DNA of 64,000 bases from Takakia lepidozioides (lineage: Eukaryota > Plantae > Bryophyta): assembly GCA_030704615.1 (NCBI GenBank), contig CM060733.1, positions 52,080,001 through 52,144,000 of the forward strand, given 5' to 3'. A program made the translations under genes and the position numbers. Below, piece after piece: positions 51,901 through 63,631 of the stretch. How positions within the stretch are numbered: position 1 is the first letter of the stretch; each line of letters starts with the position of its first letter. The notes below the pieces were generated by a model. The model saw only the letters and a program-made list of their open reading frames with translations, did no database searches and was not told the origin of the DNA.

Positions 51901-54400
51901 TTATAGTCTGCCATCGACTCAGCAAGTGCAGCCACTGCACGTTTTTCCAACTGCAACAAGAAAGCTCATGAGAATTTGGGAGAGGTTACGGAGCAACACA
52001 AATGTCTGAAAATGGTTTGGTGGAAACCTTACCTGGCTCCAGAATGTGGCTTTGTGTAGCCACTGGTTGAATGTGTGGTCGCTAACAACTTTTATTGCTT
52101 GTGTCTTCGGGTCCCTCTCTGGAGTTGGGAACATGTTCGTGTCTCTCACAAGAGGATCCGAATTCCAAATCTCCAACCACCTGATTTTGGTTGCATTGTC
52201 CACCATTGAAATGGAAAGGCGATGTAGTTTCTCTTGAGTCATTTCTGGCTTGGAGCCATACTTGTCATAGTGTGCTTTCACCTGCTCCAGAAATTCCGTG
52301 CCAAGACCTGGATCTGCTATCCGGATTGTTTGTGAATGCACTCATGAGGTTCTTCCTTTGATTATTCATCTTGAACTTCATCATGTCCTCAAGCCCAGTT
52401 GCAGACGCTGCTCTTCTGTGTGGGAATCATAGTACTCTGCTTTCGCCTTCAAACCAGTTTCTGCTATTTCTTGCTGCATACATTACAGGTAAAACACTGG
52501 CGTTTCTTCACAAAATTTGCAGTAATAACAGGCAAACACGTGTCAAGAAGCTTACAGTGTACATGTAGTCAAGAAAAGCCTCCCTTGTCAAGCTGTATCA
52601 TGTGCTTGTCTTCTTCTCAGCACACCTCTTCATCTGCTGAGGACTGAGCACGTTCGTGAATGACTCCAGTGGCATCAGCCCTACCTTCTGGATGCGGAAT
52701 AGAGTGTGGCACAGATTGGTCGTCACATGAGATGTTTCATTGGACCTGGAAAAACCTTCAACTCATAAGATGATTTCAAATTGTCGAAACGCGGAACAGA
52801 CACAAAGTTGGAAACTTACTTGTTTATGTCGTGCATGGCTGTCAAGAGCTGCGTGACACGTCCTTTGTGATCGAGAACCATGGAAACCACGCTCCAGTGC
52901 CATTCGATCTCGTCTGAGTGCAAGCTTGAAATGTAATCCATCCAGGCAAGCAGTCTGTGGTTCCCATCCCAGACAAAAAACATCTTTCCCATGAATGCTT
53001 TTGTGGAGGCCTTTTTGGACAGCTTAAACTCGAACTCCCTGTTTACATCCCGCCAGCATGCATCCCAACTTTGCTCAATGTCCTCTGTTACAAGACACTC
53101 CTCTCCTTTCGTGTTCATAGTGGATACGTAGAACACTGCTGATCCCTTGACATAGCCGTGAACAAAGTCGTTCTTCAACTTCGTTATATCATTCCTCAAT
53201 GCCGGTCGAACAGTGGGCATGGAGATCATCCTGCACAGCGGAATGACCAGGTTTCCGCCGGGAACCTCCATCGACAGAATCACCTTCGACGAGTTCACTT
53301 TTTGCCCACCAATTATCTCCTCGGCCTTGTCTTCATAGTGTCCCTCCAATGAGTCTTCCTCACCTTCACCTTCTGACGCGGCCAAATCTTCCCCCTCGGA
53401 TTTCCTTTTTCTTTTCCTCTGCACACAATGAATACTCTGTGAGTGACAGATTGAGCTCCGATGGATCAACCTTGCTTTGACGCAAGGTTGATTGATGGGG
53501 ATGTAGTTTAGCAGAAAGACTTTTGAACCAAAAAATGCTTTGCGTTGACGCAGGGTTCTTTTGGGAGCTTCAAATAATCAACTTTCCCTACCTTACAGTC
53601 CAGGGTATATGAGTTCGGACGCTTCGATTGAACAAAAAAGGCATCAAAACCAGCCTTGCGTCAACGCAAGGTTGATTCCTGTGCGGCATCTGTTCGTTTC
53701 ACCAGAAGTTCTAAACATACACTATAGAGGTCGGCATCAACCTTGCGTTGACGCAAGGTTGATTGCGAGCTCTCGGATCGGGGTTCAACAAACAAAAATC
53801 TACAGGAAAAGGAGATTGTTGTCTCTCTTCTTCTTTGCAATTGATGATGCGTCGCAAGCATCCATGTCTGTCTAGCTTGATTGTAGTGCAGCATCTGCAC
53901 TGTTTTGATGCCCAACATATACACTTAGGAGGTCGACTTCAACCTTGCGTTGACGCAAGGTTGATGTCGACCTCAATGCTTAGCATGAACCAGACAGAAA
54001 CAGAGAGAGAAAAAGAGAGTTCATAGCCCTCCGGATTCTTCTTTGCACTTGATGATGCTCCTGACGCATTCAAATTTTCCATGGGGTCTGGAGGTAGCAT
54101 GCTTCCAAGGAGGTCCCGGTTGTGCGAAACAAGGGCAGACGGCAGCGTTTCCGCGTCCGTTTGTTCTCCCTGCTCTTTGAAGACCTGGTTCTCCACTCGC
54201 AGTGCTTTCTCCCGAGCCCAGCTCACTTCCTCGTCCTCCGCCCCTTCTATTGGAGGTTGCTCATCGGTCGCCTCTGGGATCACTTCAAGACCTTCCTCTC
54301 CACACTGTGGTTGCAGAATCTTGTTTTGCCCTTTGTCTTCCTCTACGCCGGAGGTTTCTTCTCCCATTCTAAGTTCCCGTCTCGCCTTTCTCATCCTCTC
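48990..54400 (-). CDS. Multi-exon ParB/Srx-like plus beta-class N6/N4 DNA methyltransferase-like gene (element B), with frameshifts
   Basis: Open ParB exon 52820-53420 (IPLCRMISMPTVRPALRNDITKLK...FFVWDGNHRLLAW, DGNHR at 52954-52968). DLVVLDIPDG (DIPDG at 50311-50325), then KSPTFMQTLVETCSRHGGQVVDLSMGTG | intron 49585-49670 | ACFHACKSAGRHFFGMEAD. Confidence 0.87.
51240..51850. repeat. Intronic palindrome copies of element B
   Basis: About 5 variants of TCAACCTTGCGT-NN-ACGCAAGGTTGA (near 51241, 51432, 51568, 51714, 51830). Confidence 0.88.
53465..53965. repeat. Palindrome copies of element B in the 5' part of the ParB-MTase gene
   Basis: Perfect ATCAACCTTGCGT-TG-ACGCAAGGTTGAT at 53736-53763, plus copies near 53466, 53540, 53652 and 53939. 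Confidence 0.9.
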
Positions 54401-54965
54401 CTTAGCGCGTGCCCTTTGCTTGTTTGATGTGAAATAAAGTGTTCTTCGACGCTTGCTTCTCCCTCGGATGGGGTAACCGTCTCTGCAGAATCTAGGGTTG
54501 CAAAGACAATAAGGAGAAGAGGGAAAAAAGAGGACTATCGGAGGTTCATCGCAAGGCCTTCAACGCCAAGATGTTTGCTTGCAACGTTCAGTGCGCCACT
54601 GACTCGTTCCACATGCATGGCGAACACGTGTCCATATAATCGTTCTGTATATCAGCGGAGATCATTGGATCATCATCCAAAATTCATTGGGGTCTAATCA
54701 CCTCTCATCTGAAAAAGTAAATTATTGGGTAATATCTCTTCTGGACTCTCTGACATGACAACCAAATGGCGGCTATGTCAGTCAATCTGTCAACTAATGC
54801 ACTGGTGGGGCACTTGTGAAAAATAGTTGGATTGGATTAGGAGATCTGCAAGCCGAGCGATACTTGCAATTGTGTGTGAGGACGCCAAAAACTCCGCTCC
54901 CACACAACCTGCATTCAGAAGCACCATCGGACTGTGAACTCTACTTTCTGAAGCAACATCGACAT

Positions 54966-57900
54966 ATGGCCTCCCAGACCATGGGCTCCCTTGACGCGGA
55001 CTTCTTCAGTGAGGACCACCCTGTGCCATTTTCTTACGAGGTGGAAGATGATGGTTTTGCGGTGGTGCATGAACTCGTCCTCGCAACGCAGTTTCGGTTG
55101 GAAATGGAAGTCTATTCGTTCAGAGGGAAGTGTACGATGCCAATGGAAAACTGGTCAAGTACGCGTTCCAGAAACCTTCGCATACTGCACCAACCACACA
55201 ATGGAGAGTGCCTCCAGGCAGATACAGGGTGCTTAGTGCTCCTCTGAGACAGTCTGCAGGATCGTTCGTAACACCTAGCACGGCAGCATCAGTGGCCCAG
55301 GAGAAAACACCCGTGGTTGTCAAGAAGGAGACGAGTAGCGTTAACACTGTGGTTGAGCTTTCGGACTCATCCTCCGATGACACATGTGCAATACCGCCCG
55401 TGGATCAGCCATGTCCACATGTAGAAGCAGATGTGGAGGAGATCACCAGTGTCATTCCTAAACTGAAAGCCATGGGTGGGATGGCAGGATTCAAGGGTGA
55501 GTTGAGGGGGATAGACTGGAGCACTTTCAATATTCAGAGGGTGGCATTCTTGCCGGAATCTTTTTGATGGTAATACTGTTTTCGAGCTGCCCCCTCCTGG
55601 TTGCGTGGGGGCATTTCCAGTCTCCTAGAAGGAATGGACAAAAAGCACGATGGGCACCCTTGGTGCCGCACAAAAACCTCCAATATTCATAACAACGACA
55701 AACTCATGTTCAGGCGAACAGTCTGTAATGGGCACCTGAAATGCGAGAACATGAAATGCAGACACTTCGCATTGTCAGGTGTGCAAAACCAAAGCGAATG
55801 GGATGGTGTCAGTGAGAATCCATTCAAGCCTGGGGTGACACCACCATACAGTAACACTTTTGTGTGCAAGTTCTGTAGGGTACCACCTTGCTGCCTTGCT
55901 TTGTGTGCACCAGAATGTATTATGTGGTGCATCGATTCAAAACCCTGACTAGAGCCTGTGTCCATTTCGGTTTTCAAACCATCCTGTGTCCAAGGGGGAT
56001 TATAGGGAGAGCGTTGACACAGTCTCGCGTCTGATAAGGCAAGAGTTGGATACCAATCCAACTGGAACCACATCTGCAATTGCCATGGGGGCGAGCAAGT
56101 CCTTTCTGGAAAGCTGTATTATGTGTGCATCAAATTCGGTTGGAGGAATACTGGAGGGACCAGCTTTGGACACTGTTATGGACCATTTCTCAACTTTGAC
56201 TCTCCAAACATTAGGAATCAGTGAACGCTTTAAGAATGGGCTCTGGGAGCCGAGGTTATATGGACAATATTATGGATTTGAAGAAAAGGAGCATGTACGA
56301 CTACATCCAAGACAGCGTTTTCCCGGGACAAGGAGCCAGGAAAGTGTTCTTGTTCAAAATGTCCACAAAAGGTGAGGGCAGCGGGGGTCAGCCTGGTTAA
56401 ACGTATGCAGAAGGGTGGCGATCTTGGCAACTGCTTCCTTATGTTCGATCACGTCAAGAGGGTTAAAGACTAGGCCACAATGGCATGTCATGTTTACGAC
56501 CCTGTGTACCAGCGGGTCATGACAATTGCAGTGTGGACATGCAGTCAGAGGACACAGATCACAACAGCTCATGTGGGAAGCTCTCATTCGTGTTATGGCC
56601 TCCAATGGTCTCCCATCTCCCAATTTCGTTGGTTCATGGCCGATAGTGCTCAAGCTAACTTCAATGTTGTCCGCATTGTGTTCGGGACGGGAGATCCAAA
56701 AGTGCCAATGCCTGGAAGAGAACGTACGTGTCTTTTCCATTGGACACAATCCCTGGACAAACACACAAAGACATACATCAAGCCAGATATGCAGACTATG
56801 CATCGTCAATTGTGCAAACAGTACAAGACGCCAAAACTATGGGGGAAGCGAATACATTGTTCCAGACAATTCATGCCTGGTGTACTCATCTGGAGCAGCA
56901 TCGGAGGACAGCATGAGGGCACTGCAAGACTGGTTCGCATTTTGGCACTTCCGTTACCGATAGTGGGGAGCGGCCATGACAACGGTGAGTGGTTTGCATT
57001 CACCTTCGTTTGGGTGCTTCGGATATATGTTTCTGGTCCAATCCTTATATCGGTTTGTGTGTTTTGCCTTGCAGCATATGGAGATGGCGGATGCTTCTTG
57101 CAATCTTGCGGAGACAGTGCACAATGCCTGGTTGCAGCAATCCGGCAAAAAGGAGAGATTTGTATGCGGCGACAGCCGATGACCATTTGCTCTTGCAGCA
57201 ACAAACCAGATACAGGTCATTCTTGAGGGGTGGCCTTGGTGGCAAAGGCCCGGACAGGAGCGAGTTGATGTTGGGGGCAGCTGGAAGATCAGGGATCCCA
57301 GCAAAATAGCGGGGCCGTGAGCATATGTGCAGATGGCACCCTCTCGTGGGAAGAGTTCCCCATCTGGAAGGCGAGAGAGATTCGGGTCTTGCAACGGAAA
57401 GTGGACACCCTCGGGATCGGATGCAGTTCCATAGGGCGGACAGGGGTGAACTTCTCGACGCCACGTGTTCCCTGGATCAGAGATGGAATTGCGGAACATC
57501 CACAGGTGAGGGCTACTCTGCCCCCAGAGCGGACCCTGCATCAAAGCACTGTCACTGCAATGGTTGAAGACCAGAAGTGGTGCCACCATATAATCGAGTC
57601 CATGGGCTTGGACGAGGTTTGGCATATAAAACGCCCAAGTGCTGGATCACGTGTGAAATGCACAGCGATCAGGGCCACCAATCATGAAAAAAGTACATCA
57701 TTAATATCCAGAGGGAAAGAACGCACTGCAGCTCCTACATTCACGGGTTTGTTTCTCCCTTACGGACAAGGCGAGGCAAAGAACCACAAGTTCTGGTTCT
57801 GCGCTGACGATTGTGGGAGATGTATGCATGGGACAGTGAGGCCTTCCATGGTAAGGAAGCCTACTCCACCAACCGTGTGGCCTGTGAAGATGGGCACAGG

Positions 57901-58432
57901 TCTCACTCACCGAGAGATCGCAATGCTGGAAGAGGCGGGTTTCTCCCTAGCCAGACATTCCATTGCACGTGAAGGTGCTTCAAGTAGAAGCGGTTCACAG
58001 GTACCTCCGCCTGATGCTCACTTGTGGCCAACTAGACGGAATGGGAAGCTGGTTCGACGATTCCCTCCAACCGCAGAACACTACGGCAAAATTGAGTCCG
58101 CCAGAATGCTTCACGCTCGTGTTGCGGGAACAATGGAAGTGCCTGATCCAGGGTATGGTCGGGTCTTCACCATGATCTCATCCGCATCTGCGCTGCAGGA
58201 CAAGACGTACGACATCACTGTTTCCAATTTTCCCAATTGTACATGTCCTGATTTTGTTGGTATGCTTTCAAGTAGTTTGGGAAAGAGAGGGAAGTTCATA
58301 CCGTGCAAACACCTTTACTTCGTCTTCTTGAGAAGGATGGTTTGTGATCCAAAGCGCGACTTCTTCATTCACCAAGCCACTATGAGTTTCAACGAAGTCA
58401 ACACACTTCTACAGCGGGATACAACCCCATAA
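54966..58432 (+). CDS. MULE transposase of element B (GCM-like, DDE, SWIM), with frameshifts and stops
   Basis: DKKHDGHPWCRTKTSN...CNGHLKCENMKC, LMFDHVKRV, FMADSAQ, CLFHW, CNLAETVH, and NCTCPDF...IPCKHLYF. Confidence 0.9.
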
Positions 58433-58610
58433 AAATCTGTGTTTTCCTTGACTACAACTTGTAATGGAATGACTGTTCAAGTCTAGTGTCTCTCAATGTA
58501 TGTCGTCTAATATCTTTGCTATGCGTGGGTCAATGCATTTGTCGCATTGGTTTGTCATTCTCTTTTCATTAGCAAACACAAAAAACTACCTTCAGATATA
58601 CAGATGATCA

Positions 58611-58850
58611 AATCAACCTCGTGTCAACACGAGGTTTACTTGAAGTTCTCCAAATCCCCCTTGTGTCGACACGAGGTTGATTTTAGTTCTCGGAAAACAA
58701 CATCGTGTCAACACGAAGTTCATTTTTGTTCCAGGAAAACAACCTCGTGTTAACACAAGGTTTACTTGAAGTTCTCCAAATCCCCCTTGTGTCGACACAA
58801 GGTTCATTTCAGTTCTACGAAATGAAGCTCCTATTAACAGAAGGTTGAAC
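58611..58850. repeat. Subterminal palindrome variant array of element B
   Basis: AACCTCGTGT-CA-ACACGAGGTT and variants, including an about 126-bp duplication. Confidence 0.85.
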
Positions 58851-59097
58851 TCCAGGAAAGCCCAAAACCCGTCATCCGTTTCACCTTCATGTGGTGAAAT
58901 CAGCAGTTGGGGGCTCCACGGTTATAGGCCCACCTTCTTTGTGGTGACGTGGCATGACCTGGACCAGGCTCACGCCATGTCAGCATCTGCGCCATGTCAG
59001 CAGCGTGAGCGTAGGCTCACGCCACATCATCGTTGTGTGAGCGTACGCTCACGCGCTCACGCGCCGGGCTCACGCGGTAGCGTCGTTGAGGCAGAAG

Positions 59098-61730
59098 CTT
59101 GGTCTAAGTAACATGAAACCAGCCACATTTACAGTAACAATGGAAGATCAAAGAAGTGTACAGCCATTGGGATTGATAAGAGGAGTTAAGATACAGATTC
59201 AAAAGATGATCTTTATGATCATAGTAACTGTGTTGAAAATGGATGAAGTCATGGAAGCTTACTTCTTATTGTTGGGACGACCGTGGCTGAAACAGGCCAG
59301 GGTATTCCATGACTGGAATTCCCAGTTACTAACTGTGCATGATGGGATGCACAAGATCCAAATCACCACTAAGAAATCTAGTAGACTACCTGCTACGAGA
59401 AGACCTCGATGGGTCAGGGAATATGACTGGAGGGGAGGACTTGATGAGGAGCAGGAAACTACCCTGTTCGCTGCACACCCAGAGTGGAAGCAGGTTGCAG
59501 AGATGCAATTGGAAGGCCTAAGTTGTTTAAAAGGTATCTGCTGTGGTGTAGTGACAGCAACACCAATTAAAGGTGAAACAAGCAGTTACCCACCACATAT
59601 GAAGAAAGAGAGGGAGAAATGGAAATCCTAGAGGAACCAGCCATTGTGAGTTTACAGGATAAAGTGGTGACTGGATGGACAATCACAGCTGATGAGCAGG
59701 TGAGAGAAGTGAATGTGGGAACTGAAGGGGAACCGAGGATGGTGAAGGTAGGGGCTGATTTGGAGCCATAATTCTTTGAGGAAGCTAAAAGTCTGTTCAT
59801 CAAATACAGAGATGTATTTGCTTGGAGCTACGAGGATCTGAAAGGGATACCACCTGAGATCTGTCAGCATAAGATTGAACTGGAACCAGGGTCAGTACCA
59901 ATCAAACAGGCAAGGTACAGAATGAATCCCAACTATGCACAGAAGGTTGGAGAAGAGATCAAGAAGTTGGCTGAGGCTAAGTTTATATACCCGATAGAGT
60001 ATACAACTTGGTTGTCACCCATTGTGATAGTTCCCAAGAAGAATGGTAAACTGAGAGTTTGTGTGAACTATAAGAAGTTGAATGCTTGTACAAAGAAAGA
60101 TCCTTTCCCTTTGCCATTCACAGAAGCGGTATTGGACACTGTGGCAGGCCATGAGATGTACTCATTCATGGATGGCTTCAGTGGTTATAATCAAGTGCAA
60201 GTGGCAGAAGAAGACCAGGGAAAGACAGCTTTCATCATAGACTGGGGTGCTTATGCATACAAAGTCATGCCTTTTGGACTTTGTAATGCACCAGCAACCT
60301 TTCAGAGAGTGATAAGTGAATCTTGCACGAGTTTGAGTTCGAAGTTATTTACAAGCCTGGCCGTTTGCATCTTGTGGCAGATCACTTGTCACGCCTATCA
60401 ACAGGAGAGCCCGCCACAGGAGTAGACGACCAATTACCTGATGCGAGTTTATTTGCGGTGGAGGTGCCGGGAAGTGCAGATGACTGGTTAGATTGGCAGT
60501 GGCCAATCAGATACTACCTTACTCATGGTCAGTGCCCACCTAGTTATGGTAAGGAGTAGAGGAAGAGAATCGCTATCAAGGCTTTACCTTATACTATGGT
60601 AGGGGGCAGAATGTATAAGCTAGGACCTGATGGAGTACTTAAACGATGCTTGTACCACCATGAAGTAAATAAAGTTTTGGAGGAAGTTCATAAAGGAGTG
60701 GCTGGAGGTCATTTTGGAGAAGAGACTACCAGTAGAAAGATACTACTTGCAGGTTACTGGTGGCCTACTTTGTTCAAGGATGTACACAAGTATTGTTAGA
60801 GTTGTGATGATTGTCAGAGGCTATGACCATTGCAAAGATCTGGGAAGATGGCTTTGCATCCTACGATGCCTACTGAACCATTTCACAAATGGGGACTAGA
60901 CTTTGTTGGACCAATTAACCCACCAACCAAGAATACACAGAACAAGTATATAATCACAGCCACTGATTATACTACAAAGTGGGTGGAAGCTAAAGCTCTG
61001 AGGGACAACACAGCTAAGTCCACAGCAAGGATCCTGTATGAGAACATACTTACACGATTTGGCTGTCCCCTGGAATTTATCAGTGACCAGGGAAGTCACT
61101 TCATTATGAGACCATTGAACTATTGACTAAAGAGTTCATGATTGTACATAGGAAGAGTACAACATATTACCCACAGGGTAATGGGCAGGCAGAGGCTACC
61201 AACAAAATACTATGTATTATTTTGGCTAAGATAGTCAATGCAAACAGTATAGATTGGGATACAAATCTGCTGACAGCTTTGTGGTCTTACAGGACTTCAT
61301 ATAAAGTCACCACTAAGTATACACCATTCCAATTAGTTTATGGTATGGAAGCTTTACTTCCAGTGGAATTCTTGTTACCTACCATGAGAACTGAATGGGG
61401 AAAGAGAATGGAATTGGAAGATTCAATTAAGGTCAGGAAACATGAATTATACCATGTGGAAGAAGTACGTGCTGATGCAGCTGCTAACATGACCAGAATT
61501 CAGATGAAGAGGAAGGATCAATTTGATGAAGGTAAATTAAAGACTTTTAAGTCGGGAGATTTGGTACTGTGGTTGCAGAAGAAGGGGAAGATTAAAGCTT
61601 CTAAGCTTAAATCACCATGGAAAGGACCTTATGTCATACAGAAGATGTATGATAATAACACCGCCATGTTACAAACCATTAACAAAGAAATGCTGGGAAG
61701 AGTCAATGCCAATAAGTTGAAGGGGTACAG
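59098..61730 (+). pseudogene. gypsy protease C-half, RT (internally deleted, most of RNase H lost) and integrase
   Basis: LLLGRPWL; WLSPIVIVPKKNGKLRVC; MDGFSGYNQ; MPFGLCNAPATFQR joined directly to the RNase H tail HEFEFEVIYKPG; HHCC; WGLDFVGP, ISDQGSHF, YPQGNGQAE, WKGPY. Internal stops. Confidence 0.92.
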
Positions 61731-61883
61731 TGGTATCCATGACAAACCATTGCAGCACAATTTGCATGTTGAAACGCAAAAACAGTTACGGGCTACGCCA
61801 CTGATATCAACGGAGTACGGAGCACTTGTCGCTAAGCCGAGCGTGTATGACCAGGGCGGGAAGTACAGGTGTTTGCATAGATA

Positions 61884-62025
61884 TCACAACCCAACACAGC
61901 GTGACACAGCCTATCACAGCCCATCACAGCGTGACACAGCCTATCACAGCCCATCACAGTGTCACACAGCCTATCACAGCCCACCACAGTGCCACACAAC
62001 TTGTCACAGCCCAACACAGCCCATG
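61884..62025. repeat. 30-bp (10-bp subunit) tandem repeat in the gypsy 3' region
   Basis: CACAGCGTGACACAGCCTATCACAGCCCAT x about 4.5. Confidence 0.9.
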
Positions 62026-62809
62026 TAGGTTACACAGTCCATCAGGTCAGTGACAGGTGGACGCGGATTAACGTCAGAAAGGTGGCCATCAAGTGAAGAA
62101 GAAGTTTGGAAGTCAAACTTGGAGAATATGCCACGCGGAGAGGGGAAGTCGGGGGCATGTCTAGAAACGGACACGTGGTCACTAAGGCGAAGCACACCGC
62201 ACTACATCGATTGCAAGAGTGGGACTCATCATGCAAGAGGACAAATCGGGCCATCAAAGTACCTACCCGGTACTTCAGCTAAGACTATTTGTGGGCCCAT
62301 TAATGCATTCAAAGTAAGGGTAATGGAACCCTTTCCGAGTACAGAAAAGATGGACCTATGCCACATGTGCTGTCCTACAGGACATTCCAGGTGGGAATGT
62401 CCACGGAGGAGGGTGGAATTAAGAAGTTACCTAAGCAGGCAACAGCCAATGAGGAGTGAAAATTACATGCAGGTGGTTCCCTCCAAGAAACAAGAACAAG
62501 AAGTAGGAAGTGTTATGAGCGGAAGAGTCGGGGTGGCTCCGAATAGCCAGTATCTCGACGGAAGGGGCAATCAAAGCACTAGCTTTGTAGCTATGGCGGA
62601 TGTAACGGATTACACACTCGCTTTACTTCTCACGCAGTGGCACAAGGACGGACGAATTGAGAGTACATTTTCTCTCACTCGATACTTGCAAGCCCCACAG
62701 GCTTACACGCACTTACCTGTTCCATTCTGTGCCAACCATACCTTCATGCTCTGTGCCCTGCAAGCTTTCCTTCAGCTGTTTCAAACAAAGCCTTTTTGTT
62801 TGTCTAGAA

Positions 62810-63631
62810 TGAAGAGAGTGAGGGGAATGGAGGATATCAGGGTGAACAACACCACGATTCTGCAGAAGCAAACAATTGCTACACCGCAGGCAGTGCAGCT
62901 ACTAAGGGAGTTGCGATTGGGGGGCTGCTACGCAAGGACTGGTCTTTGCATCATCGGCAGTATATGATTCAATTTCTTCAGAACTTTGAGCCTCGGACGG
63001 GAGTTACCCAGGTGAGGGGAGTAGATATTGAAATTACTCCCCAATACTTGCAACAATTGTTTGATTTGCCATCAGGTCATGTCGATGTGGATGAGCACAG
63101 GGCAAGATTGCAGATAGGGAAATTATTCCAAGAAGGGAGTTTCTTTAAAACTCAAGGTTATGCTTGTACCAAAGCCAAGTACCCAGGGCTCAGAGAAGTT
63201 GGCCAAATATTGAACGTTCTGTTTGCCATGAAACAGAACCAACAGTATTTGAGCAGGTCATTCACAGAGGAGATCCTGAAAGCTTTGAGGGGAAAGGATG
63301 TAGCTTGGGCGGAGTTAATGTACAATGGTCTGGTGGACGAGATGAAGAGATTATAGGGCACTGCTGCTAAGTCTCCGATCATTGTGTCTGGTCCAATCAT
63401 TGCCCAAATCAGTATTGACTCTTGCATACTTGATATTCGGGAACGTAAGGAGATGGGAGTGTTTGAGGCAGTAACCACTGCAATTGAAGAGGAGGGCTCT
63501 TCACATAGTGAGGGTGGACTGGCAAGAAAACACCAGTCTAAGAGACAGAAGCAGGGTATGACTGTAGTGGCGGATCCACTGGCTTCACGGAAACTGCAAG
63601 ATGATGTTTCCCAAGCTCTTGTGGAGGATGG
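62810..63631 (+). pseudogene. Extra 3' ORF of the gypsy element (plant retroelement accessory ORF-like)
   Basis: YMIQFLQNFEPRTGVTQVRGVDIEITPQYLQQLFDLP...KDVAWAELMY; located downstream of integrase. Confidence 0.5.

Larger units (their letters stand above)
48543..59088. mobile_element. Element B: 10.55-kb MULE carrying a ParB-MTase gene and a transposase
   Basis: 9-bp TSD AGGCAGAAG (48534-48542, 59089-59097). Imperfect TIR GGGGAATGCTTGCGCGTGAGCC / reverse complement CAACGACGCTACCGCGTGAGCC. Excision restores the protease sequence TDQLRQKLGLSNMKP. Confidence 0.95.
45190..63631 (+). mobile_element. Degenerate large Ty3/gypsy (Athila/Tat-like) element, interrupted by MULE element B and by the A-family copy at 63632
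   Basis: Putative LTR end ...TCGACA (45656) and Asp-type PBS-like TGGCGACCATACCGGGGA (45659). Gag 47057-48190 with CCHC knuckles, protease IDGGSGVNIM, RT, integrase, and 3' extra ORFs. The 5' boundary is approximate. Confidence 0.85.

Noticed and set aside
51240-53965. CRISPR or REP-like interpretation of the CAACCTTGCGTTGACGCAAGGTTG copies
   Set aside because: Spacing varies from about 70 to 190 bp within clusters, and the copies lie in introns of a TSD-bounded MULE.
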